Shown in pieces: positions 39,981 to 50,500 of a stretch of 64,000 nucleotides of DNA. This DNA is from Takakia lepidozioides. Its lineage: Eukaryota > Plantae > Bryophyta. Positions within the stretch are counted from its first letter, which is position 1. Each line of letters opens with the position of its first letter. A program made the translations under genes and the position numbers. The notes beneath the pieces are model-generated. The model was given only the letters and a program-made list of their open reading frames with translations. It made no database searches and had not been told where the DNA came from. The DNA lies in the NCBI GenBank assembly GCA_030704615.1, contig CM060733.1:48546001-48610000 (forward strand), given 5' to 3'.

Positions 39981-41461
39981 TAATGCCTATTTCCTATTGC
40001 ACCTCAGGAGGTAGGTATAGATATATAGAGAACTTTGTCACTAACATGAAACTGTCAATGTTGTCATTGCAATGCATTTTATTGAAGTATTTATATCAAT
40101 TTATAACATACATGACCATCATGAAATGATAAATCATTTTTACACATCATGATACATGTGGAATACTATAGTAGATGGTTGAACATATAAATATGGTGTA
40201 TATCCTAGGAAGGACTAAAAACTCAGAGCCTAGTTTTAGTATAGAGCAGAAATAGGGTGCATTAGTGCCACATCACCGTCAATTGTTTTGGTTGCAGCTG
40301 CCCGAATTTCCAGAAAAATAAAAAATAAAAATAAAAATTTCAAACTTTATTTTTGTCAAATCTTCTCTAATATTGCTCTATTACTATTTTATTTATCCAT
40401 ATACTGATAAAATAAATTAGTAGAACATGTTTAAGTGTTTTACAGAGAATATGAAGAAATTCTTTGAAATGCTCATGCACATTCAATGTAATAACACTTC
40501 TAATCGTTATTATGATTTTATGGTGGATATATTTTAATTTATATATTACAATAATACTGTATACATATATATTATGAGCTAGGGCTCTGCGTTTCTCCAC
40601 ACTAGATCCAAAATCAACCGAATTGTCTCACAACATTCGAGTAATGTTTTGTTTTTTCTTTTGGCATGTTGGCTTGCACTGAGGTTGTAAACAATATATA
40701 TATATATATAGCTTTTATGGCCCTCGCCCGTATAGCCTGACCCGCCGTAATAATTTCATAAACACCCAAAAGAATATAACGATCAAAGATTGAACCAACC
40801 CTCCGAAAGCGTTGGTGATAGTTTTGCATCATACGACTCTATGTTGAAATTAAGAGGGCTTAAGTCTTAAGAAAGAGACTTGGCAAGCTCAGGAAAGAAA
40901 AAACCCTAAGTTCTCAACGATTCTTCGAAAAACGAAAGTATCTTCATATCTTGTGAAGACGAAGGAGTTTGTGTATGGGACAAGGTACTTAGTAGATGAT
41001 TCAGGTGGTAATTACTTGAAGAAAAATCTGAATCACTCATTCCTTTGCTCAACCACTTTACCTCTATTGTGATGCTCTCTTACAACTCAAGCAATCTGTC
41101 CCCCCTCCCCGCCCGTCCCCACTGGTTTCAATTCCTGCTCTAATTCACTTGGAATCACATCCAATGCCTAAGAGGTGCCAGAGAGACTACACACAACAGA
41201 AAAAAATAGAATATGACTCCCAGATAACATTTCCATCTTCCATTGGCCGGGCTATCAATGCTTCACTTTGCCTATGAACTCAGGCCACAACATACTCCTC
41301 CCCAATCTATCTTTCAACAAGCGCATCACGCTACCATTCAAATCTCTCTTTCTCTCTCTTTTAGCAGCACACTATGCTTTCTTAGCAGTCAGGCTAGAAG
41401 CCATCACAAACTCATGAGGTGCTTCCCACGAAGCCCCATGGTAAAGATCACATGAGGAAGC

Positions 41462-42456
41462 ATGGGAGAATTTATCCCATCTCATCAAATTTCCAGAATA
41501 ACACTACTGATACAAGAATCCCGCACCTACAAAAATTCGTACATATCTAAGTGGGTCTTGTCCCCACACCTGCTACATAGTATGTCCAATCATTTTTGGA
41601 CATCCCCCAGGGTTACCGATGCACAAATCAAACAAACTTTGAAATTTCGGTATGGTCAATACATGGGTAATCAACGATGGAACTTGTTCTGGCCATTATT
41701 ATACCCCAATAAATACTGCGTGTTATGTTCATCCCAAAATCCCCAAAAAGATACATGGCCACACTTACTTCTCCACTGCAACCACCCCATAATACATGGA
41801 TTGCGGTAACCAGACATAACCAAGGGGTTAGACAACTCCACAAAATTCTCACTTCACATCCGAAATCCAGATGGTTTATCCTCATCAATGCAGGCACATT
41901 CCAAGGTCGCCCACCGGACCACACCATACCCCCATGGCTGCTACCGTGTATATGCTCCCAAGGACACCCGTGCCTTTGTCTAGCAAGACTATGCCCAGAT
42001 ATTTTGCTAGTCCAGGGACTTCCTATACAGGCATTGCCACCGACAGAACCGCTTCCATCTCTCAAAATACATTTTTTGGAATTTGCATTCTGCCATGATC
42101 GAAATCCATATCAATCAATTATGTACAACCATGAAAAATATGACCCAATCATACATGCCCTCTGTCACAGAGGCTGGAACACGGCACCTCTGATGGTCAT
42201 CACTGCGGGTGTCAGGGGCGGTGCTCATACCCATAATATCCAAGGTGTAAAAGATAATCTTAACCTACCACCCAAATACACTACACCTCTACTACGAGCC
42301 TTGCATTTCACGGCTATTTCATCACTCACATCCCTAATCCTCAATAAACGTAAGATTGAAAGTGGCCAGCTAGCCACTCTGTGAAATGTTACTGTTCGGA
42401 TAGAGCCCACTCCTGAAAGGGGAAGAGGCTCTAATTTACGCTAGCTTCGGTTGGCG

Positions 42457-42457
<1 letters not shown>
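41462..42457 (+). mobile_element. 3' portion of an RLE-type (Dualen/RandI-like) non-LTR retrotransposon, frameshifted; may extend 5' to the (TA)n at ~40711
   Basis: ORFs 41462-41809 and 41725-42384 join via a frameshift near 41807: 'LKFRYGQYMGN', Zn knuckle 'CVLC...DTWPHLLLHC', 'RHN', PD-(D/E)xK-like nuclease 'RLCPDILLV...IHFLEF...KY', 'GW...VITAGVRG'. A structured 3' UTR ends at (TA)n. Confidence 0.8.

Positions 42458-42508
<51 letters not shown>
42457..42508. repeat. (TA)n microsatellite at the LINE 3' end
   Basis: Long TA run. Confidence 0.95.
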
Positions 42509-42511
<3 letters not shown>

Positions 42512-42553
42512 CATAGGTCACCAGGATGGATGAAGTTAGGGCTGGGGGAGCGG

Positions 42554-42562
42554 AAACCCTAA
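42554..42562 (+). promoter_or_regulatory. Telo-box (AAACCCTAA) upstream of the RRS1 start codon
   Basis: Exact motif ~55 bp before the ATG. Telo-boxes are typical of plant ribosome-biogenesis and translation genes. Confidence 0.55.
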
Positions 42563-42616
42563 CCCCGTGCCCTCCTTGTTGCTCCTCCCCCTTGCACGAT
42601 CGCAGAGGTCAGCGCA

Positions 42617-45600
42617 ATGGAAGACGGAGCGCAGGCAGGCGCTGCACACGATTACTTTGTGGATCTAGGCAACTTGTTGGTGTTCCACGCTCGCGATACT
42701 TCTCTCACTTCAACCTCTTCTGAGTATGAGCCTCTCCTTTCTTCTTGGTGTATGGTTGTCTAACTATCCTTTGTTTTTTCCCGTTTTGATGCCTCTGATC
42801 ATGTGCTGTTGAAACAAGTGTCTACTGCTGGGCTTTCTCATTGAAGCCAAGGAGGATCATCATTTATATTGCCACATGAACTGGCAATGCAAAGGATTGA
42901 GAAGAATTGAGGACCTCGGTGTTAAACATTCATAACCCAATCACAGATTGCATAGTATGAAACTCATTTTCGAAAGACTGAAAGTGAATATGTCAGCTGC
43001 TTATCAGGGAGGAAAGGGATCAAGAGTGTCTGGAGAAGGGTAGAGAACTTGTACAGGCCCTTGCAGACAGGCTCTTCAACCTGCCATCCACGCTTGACAA
43101 AGTTGGGCGCTTGATCAGCTTGCCACCTCCATCAACCTTGCTTCCTAGAGAGAAGCCGGTAAGTCACAAGCTTCCTATAGTATCTTATTGTCAGTCAGTG
43201 CATTCAAGTAAGCTAGTAGTATGATGCTCTAGTTTTGCAGACAACCCACTCCCAGGAATGCCAGACTGCCAGTAGTGGAGGTATCTAGGGCTACAAGTAG
43301 GGGTGTATCTTTTGAGGGAGTGGGAGGGGTTAGTTCTGATTGACATGGATTGTAACTTTGCTGTTGTGATCTCAACAGTTACCAAAGCCAAGACCACCAA
43401 CAAAGTGGGAGGCGTTTGCACAGAAAAAAGGTTGGTCTTCCGACAACAATTGTGTCCTTCATCTGAGTTGTGACTTAAGAGTTGTGCATTGGAAAGAGGC
43501 TGTTGGGCAGGTATACCTTGGGTGGGAGGCTACATTGCTAGAAAATGTTAACAATTTGGTCCAAGATTTGTTCTCGAGTGTCTACCCTATGAGTGGACCT
43601 TGGGGATATAGGCACATGCTGTCATGCTACGCCCTTTTGTCAGCTCTGCTGGGACGGAGGGCCGAGGGGGGTTGGGCAGAAGTTGCATGGGAGGTGAATA
43701 GAGTGCATTGTTTGAGAAAGACATGAAGAAAATAGAACTTTGAAATCACTGTTGTAAATCTGGTGAGTCATAAGCCTACAAGCATTTGACTGTTAGTTTG
43801 TGGTCCTCAAATGATCATCGATTTTAGAAGATGAGTTGAAAGAGCAGAGATACAGAAGGCCATTATAGTCACATTACTTTCTGATTAATTTGGACTTCTT
43901 CTCGCTATGAAGCTTATAATAGAGTGCTGTGTGTTGATGAACCTGGTGAGCAGGCATACAGAAGAGGAAGCGAAGCAAGTTGGAGTTTGATGACCGGACA
44001 GATGACTGGCGACGGCGGTATGGGTACAAACGCGTGGACGATGAGCGTGAAATTCCCATCATTGAAGCCAAGGAATCTGATGGTATGAACTCTTTCCTCC
44101 CCAGGACTACACCCTCGTGCTTTTCTCCCTAAACTCTCTGTGAGTGAACTGCTTTTCATAGCAGTAATGCCAGTGTTGTCTCTCTAATTTTCTACCAGTG
44201 GTTTGCATACCCGTAGGTTTCATATTGCCCATGGTACCAAGTTTGGCAATGCAAAGGCCTTGCTTTACCTGGTTGGACACAACTTGTAATGTAGGCATCA
44301 AGACTCTACAGAAAACTAAAAAGCTGTTGATGGTAGATGTGGGTGCACAGCTAGTGCTCAGCTGGTCAATGCTGTACAAGTTTCTGTTGTTCCGAAGTTA
44401 TTTTAGTTCCTTGTCAGATATTAATGAAAAGTCTTAGGGATCCAAAGATCCTTTCTATGCTCTTGCCTATCAACAGGTAGCTGGGTCTGAGGAGTTGATC
44501 AAAGGGGGAGGTTATAGTACTGTTTGACTTAATGTAGTTGGGTGGTTTGTGTTTGCACCTGTTGGCAATCTGAATGAAATTGAAGCAGTCATTCTGAGTT
44601 CAGGTCTGGATTCTTTTTTTGGCAGAGCCAGCGGTTGATCCGTTTGAAAATATGCGTGCGGAGAAGAAGGGGCGTGTGGTCAAGCAAGAACGAAACCAGT
44701 TAGAGAATCTGAAGAAGGCAGCGAAACTTGGTGGCAAGGGTGCCCTCCCAAGGTATCTATGATTTGACCATTACTTGTGTGCATTTTTGCAAGCATGTAT
44801 TGGTTTTGGTCGTTAATGTACCATCAAAAGCCAGCACGGTCCTCAATTAGGTTCCTTAATTAGGTGCAGTCATTTGGACAGAGAAGATTGGAGGTTCTGA
44901 TTTGGGCCTCTAATTGTATGGGCTGATATCTTGGACACCCTTAAGGACGTGAGGCAACAATTACTAGCACTACTTGACTGCAATGGTTGGATAGCCTGGG
45001 TCTTCCTTTAGCCTGAATGTTTGTTTGAGTGGGCACCATCTGCGTATCTCTTCATACTTTCCTGGGCCTGTCTGATATGAAAACTCTTCAATAAGGCTTT
45101 CACAGGGTTAACCTGGTACACTGTAGAGCACCTGAAATGACATGCATGGGGATGCCAGTACCTTGCAGTTGGCGGCCACCTCTTTGCCCATAACAGGCAG
45201 CAAGCAGCCTACCAAGCGCCTTAGCAAACATGACATTGGGCATGCTGCTGGGCTAGCCAGCACTGCCACTGCCAGTATCGGCAAGTTTGATAAGAAGCTG
45301 CCAGGGGAGAAGCCTCTTAAGCATGTTGGCAAGCATCGCAAGGTGAGAAAGGCTTGTCATTGCTTTGTTTCTTGTCTGTGCATCTCTCATTGTCCTGAAT
45401 AGTGTTATTTCTCTCCCTCATAATCTTAGGTCTGGTTGTGAGCGTCGAGTGGTTGGTGTGATGACAATCTGACTGGACAGTATCAATGTGATGCCATGAT
45501 TCCATGTCTATCCCACACGAGATTTCTGACCTTCCGCTTGCATTCTTCCTGCTCTTAATTTGGATGTGCTTGGGTAGGTGGTGGGACACTTTCTTAGTAT

Positions 45601-47593
45601 GTCCCAACCATGCTCTGAAGTCATGGGGTGGCAGTACCTGCTTCGGTACTGCAGATGCTAGTTGAAAAATGGTGTATGAGATAAGGTGATTTTTGGCATT
45701 TACCTTGTTCTTCCACAAAACTGGATCTCTAGTTCATGGGTTGTCATGTTGGTCTTTGGAAAAACATAGCAGATTAAAAGTGCCATGGGAGGTTGATGTA
45801 CAAACATTTTGATTTTGTGCTCTATAGATGTGTGGGGAATGAGTTCTTCGGACTGCCACATCAGCTGCAGAGAATTTTCTATTGGTCAAGTGTTGGCAAC
45901 CTGTTTTTTTACCGAAGCAAACCTTTTTCTTGGGACATCAAAATGGTCTTGACAGAGCTCTATACAGGGTTTGCCAAGACTATGTTGCTGATAATAAGCT
46001 TCAGATTGGTCTTTGCCATTGTTCTCACGGTGTCTGTTTGAGGGAATGGAGTGTTGGTGGGAATGATGAAAACATGAAAAGGACAGCATCATCAACAAGA
46101 TGCCGTGATCCAATCGTATTCCACACGAGATTGCTGACCGCTGCCTCTATTCCTTCTGTAATGTGAAACCTTCAGATTGGCCTTTGGCATTGTTCTCACA
46201 GTGTATGGGTTGAGGGAATGGAGTGTTGGTGGGAATGATGGAAACATGAAAAGGACAGCATCATCAACAAGATGCCGTGATCCAATCGTATTCCACACGA
46301 GATTGCTGACCGCTGCCTCTATTCCTTCTGTAATGTGAATCCTTCAGATTGGCCTTTGGCATTGTTCTCACAGTGTATGGGTTTGAGGGAATGGAGTGTT
46401 GGTGGGAATGATGAATACATGAAAAGGACAGCATCACCAACAAGATGCCGTGATCCAATCGTATTCCACACGAGATTGCTGACCACCGCCTCTATTCCTT
46501 CTGTAATTTGAATCCTTGTGTTACTCGAAACCCCATATTTTCTACCTCCACTACATTAGAAGCAGGGGAAGTGCCTGAGGAGCCTGATAAAGTTTCGTGC
46601 CATCTGGATAGTGAGAATCAAGTTGATCTTTCACTAATAAATCAAGCCATGTGTGCAGTTTTTACCGGTCATAGATGGCAAGGGCCAAGAGAAGGAGCAG
46701 CTGATGGGTGTGCTGAACAAAGTAATAGCCAAAAACAGCCATGACATCCTCGACATCAACAAGGTTTCAGTTTCTATCATTTTTATCCCCTCATATTAAA
46801 ATGTTTTCTTTCTGGTTGGATATTGTCGATCTGCTGTGATTCACATACGTAATGACAAAAGAAGTTGGAATGGGTCGATTGCTTTGGGTGTTAGTTGGCT
46901 CCCTGTGGTTGTCGAAAGTGCATGGGGTGTGATAAGGAACGGTTGCCTCTGTGAGCAGTCACTGGGTACAGTAGTGGGTCGTGTCTGCATTAGATCTCAT
47001 TTGGTCTTCAGGCGAGCCATATGAGGCCAGAGGCTCACGTTTGACCTAGAGAAGATGGCGATTACATAAACACCTTTTGGCAGAATGCTTAGACATGACA
47101 CATGTGTGCCTTGACAGTCTTGGAGGTTCTAGGCTGTAGGGTTGAACCTTTTCATAGCTGTTCTAGACATCATGTGGTATTTCTCTGGTACATAACCAAG
47201 TGCCTGTTTGCAAAAAAGTATGGCGGGTGGGAAAGGTTTCTATCCATGTGACAGCACTTCTCAAAATGCAGTCAGGTAGTTCTAAGGAAAGAGACCTGTC
47301 ATGATTTTCTTTTTAAAATGTTGGTTGGCTGTGCTTTGGGCACTGTGTTCCTGATGTTACTCAATTGATAACAGGCAATGAGCGTGCACAATGTGGAAGA
47401 GGAAGGCAAGCGAGCCCAGCAGAACCGCAAGCAAGGAGGCAAGAAGCGGAAGCAATCTTCAAGAGATGCCCGACCTTCAAAGAAGGGGGGCTCTGGGAAA
47501 GGGGTGGCTCACAAGGGGCCTGGTAGAGGAGGGAGCTCAGGTGGGCCTGGTGGTAGCAGTAAAGGGAGGAAACAAAAACGAGTAAAACGGTGA
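42617..47593 (+). CDS. RRS1: Ribosome biogenesis regulatory protein RRS1
   Basis: Exons 42617-42723, 43008-43158, 43379-43430, 43954-44082, 44626-44752, 45159-45342, 46659-46763, 47375-47593. Motifs 'VDLGNLL', '[32 protein letters not shown]', 'WRRRYGYK', '[16 protein letters not shown]' and a basic C-terminal tail. Confidence 0.95.
45453..45533 (+). ncRNA. Intronic box C/D snoRNA, copy A; LSU rRNA 2'-O-methylation guide candidate
   Basis: Box C GTGATGA at 45458-45464, box D CTGA at 45526-45529, short terminal stem, guide CCACACGAGATTT immediately 5' of box D. Confidence 0.7.
46056..46142 (+). ncRNA. Intronic box C/D snoRNA, copy B1
   Basis: Box C ATGATGA at 46063-46069, box D CTGA at 46134-46137, guide TTCCACACGAGATT, terminal stem GGTGG/CCGCT. 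Confidence 0.7.
46228..46314 (+). ncRNA. Intronic box C/D snoRNA, copy B2 (box C variant ATGATGG, possibly inactive)
   Basis: Box C at 46235-46241 differs at its last base; box D at 46306-46309; same guide. Confidence 0.5.
46401..46487 (+). ncRNA. Intronic box C/D snoRNA, copy B3
   Basis: Box C ATGATGA at 46408-46414, box D at 46479-46482, perfect terminal stem GGTGG/CCACC, same guide. Confidence 0.7.
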
Positions 47594-50500
47594 TAAAACC
47601 CATAAGGTTTTTGCTTGCTTTTGTCACTTTTGTTGTCAGATTCTCAAGTCAGGATGGGTTGGCCTAGTGAACAGTCATTTCAGTCTCTTATGACAGGCCG
47701 TGTTGGAATCAGCTACACTAATGTTTGTCAATATCAGTGGGCACTCCTTCTGGGAGAGGCACCAACTGTAGGGACTCGGGAAGAGTATTCCCTCCATTCC
47801 AGACTACGACCAGTTGAGTGTAAAATTTACGGATTAAGACATCTGGGAACAATGACTTTGATCGGTCTGTATGCTGGCATTATTAGAAGATCGTCTGGTG
47901 GACAAGAGTATTGGTAGGAAGGAAGGGTTTCCATTATCTGAGCTATTTCTTGCAACTTCTTGTCTCATGTACTAAGAGGTGGTGAATATGTTGTACTCTT
48001 ATTCTGTCTTGAGAGCAATTTCACTTTGCTCCAAACACAAAGAGAGACGCCGCAACCAAAGTGAGCAAAAATATGAGTCTCTTCCAGTTGCTGGTACTGC
48101 TGCCCTCGGTTCCAAACACCAAGAGATTCTCTAAGTAACAACCACATTGCAAGACGAGCCAAGATGAGAGCTCATCAGTCACAATGTTTCCTGACATGGG
48201 CCTGAGAGATAACAATGGAGGATACGGACACCAGCTCTTCAATGGCAGGAGAGGCAGGAGAGGGTCAACTCGGATTCATGCGAGGAGCTTCAGCAATAAT
48301 GGTCTACTAAGATTAGGAAGGCCTGTGGAGCTGCAAAGGTGATCATTCAGTTCTCTCAGTTGGGTTCTCTTGCTGCAGGGACTCTGACTCCCACTAAGTG
48401 TATGCAAATGCACGAGCCAAGTTCTCGGTCGTTCGTGAAGTCTGACTGCTCACATTGATATCAGTTCTGGCGAGCATTGAAGGGGTAATCATCATTCACT
48501 TCAAGCGGGTGTTACTCATTACAAGCTCAGCAGTTGACCCCAGTTCTGACAGAGGACAGTACCTAACCGAGGTTACTTGAAGACTTTACATTGTACTCTC
48601 TGCTTCTGGGCCAAAAATATGCATGCTACAGAAGGTTGACTAGGGTTCAACTTGTACTAACCGGAGTTCACCTCAATCCAGGTCTGCAGAAGCAAATCTA
48701 GCCTGTACACTTTTGCTTGAAAACAAAGGGTGGTTATAACATTAACAAAGGACTGAAAACAGGCTTTTGAAAGAAGCAAGTGATGCTCTTTCTTGCATTA
48801 AAAGGAAGGAAGAGTATATGCCTTGTGTGACACAGTTATGAGTTGTCAGGTACAGTGAGGAGCTCATAAAGGCTGCACCATGTCAACCTGGAGCATTTGG
48901 GCACTAGGCCTATCCTCTTCCTGTACCCTTCTCCCCCCATGCTTGATTCTTGATCTTGCCCACATGATATTATGTAATTGCTAGACCGTTCATATCTGTC
49001 TGCGGTTCACTGATTGGGTTTTGTGATATATACAGGGTACAACCACGGATCGACAATCTCGCTTCTCCCAATGAGCTGGATCGGTTTTCTTTTTGTGAAC
49101 TTCAGGTTCTTATTAGTGATGGAATGTTTTCATGTTGAGTACTGTGGGCATGGTGTCGGTGCTCTTTTGTGTTGGAAAACCTAGCTGTCTAGGCTCAATT
49201 TTGCCTCCGAAGATGGTAGCAAGTGCTGTAAAGCATTGTCGATGAAGCGTTATGCTTCGCCTCGTCTTCTTTGAGAATGGGAGCCGAGATTCTTTTTGTC
49301 CCAAGACGGATTTGGGGTTATCTTTCACACACAAATTTGTCTTCAAAGTTCATGTCCTTTCCCTTGTATCATGGCTGACCTCACATGTAAGGTGTACCAA
49401 GGGTTTCGGATGACTAATCGTCTTTCCGGGTGTACAATGGAGTGGGACTATCATTGCAATAATCATGACCCTAGCATTTTTCAAGTGGGCAGGGGGTTGT
49501 TCTTCACTTCTTCACGGGCCGAGTCTGTCCCCCTGTTTCCCAAGACATATAAAGAAACAGATAAGAAGTAAAGTATGTGCGCAGTTCTTCCAAGCCGGTT
49601 ACGTACTGATACCTGCTGTATACAAGGCTGCCAAGGTGGCCTAAGCTAATGAAGATAAAGAACTGACTCAGAAATCAATAATTTGGGCCAAGTCTGGCAG
49701 AGCAAGTCCTTGGGTATGGCAGTATCCACACATCTTAGTGTCAGAGTGCAGGACAAAGCTTCCAAGCTGTAGCCAGGTGTGTCTTGTTGTCCCACAAGCT
49801 TCCCAGTTGGCCAAAGCTTCAAGCACAAGCGTGTGTCATAGCCCTCATTATTGCATGCCCCAAGAGGGATTCTTCACATCAGACCTCGATTCCTTGAGGT
49901 TCTTTTGAGCCTCCCCTTGTGCTGGGGACCCTGCATGCCACGGCTTGCAAGCTTTGGGCTCGTCCCTCGAGCCAGCTACGTGTATGGAGCACATACAGAC
50001 ATACCATGATTGTGGGTATATTCAGATGACAAAGGGGTTGTGCAGCGTGCTTGTGCGGCTGAACGCAACGGATGCTGCTCCTCCTCTTGTTTGAATTCAA
50101 CTCAGATTGTGCAGTGGGTTTTATACATCATTCACTTTCTCTAATCTCTGGAGCAGAACCCACGTGACTAGATGGTGCGAAAAACCAACACAAAGATTCT
50201 AAAACATCGAACCACGTTCACGAATCACAAGAGAGGAAAATTGATGAAATGGGCAGCGAGCAGCAAGATTCTCGCAATGCTCTCACATTAAAAACTAGAA
50301 GAAAGAAGGTAATCATTGGAAGCGGGGAAGGGCCATGCTTCTTTGTGGACCAGTTTAATTCAGGTTTGCTTATTTGACTTGACTATCAGAGCTATATTTA
50401 GGACACTTTCTGTCGGTGAATAAAGGCCGGGAATCACAATGTCACAGAGCAGGCAGCGCAGTGGTTGGGTGTTTGTGCCATAGCCAGGGTCCTTCAACAT

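Larger units (their letters stand above)
45999..46516. repeat. Tandem array of three ~171-173-bp units in RRS1 intron 6, each carrying a snoRNA
   Basis: Units start at ~45999, 46170 and 46342 (CTTCAGATTGG...); near-identical to each other. Confidence 0.95.

Noticed and set aside
42401-42435. Hammerhead ribozyme in the LINE 3' UTR (CTGA...GAA)
   Set aside because: It lacks the CUGANGA/GAAA core arrangement; reported only as a conserved structure.
42724-45158. Additional snoRNAs in other RRS1 introns (e.g. ATGATCA...CTGA near 43811-43885)
   Set aside because: The boxes are imperfect and I recognised no rRNA-complementary guide; this needs snoScan or Infernal.
45999-46516. CRISPR-like or purely neutral minisatellite reading of the tandem repeat
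   Set aside because: There are no unique spacers, the context is a eukaryotic intron, and the units carry C/D boxes with a guide.
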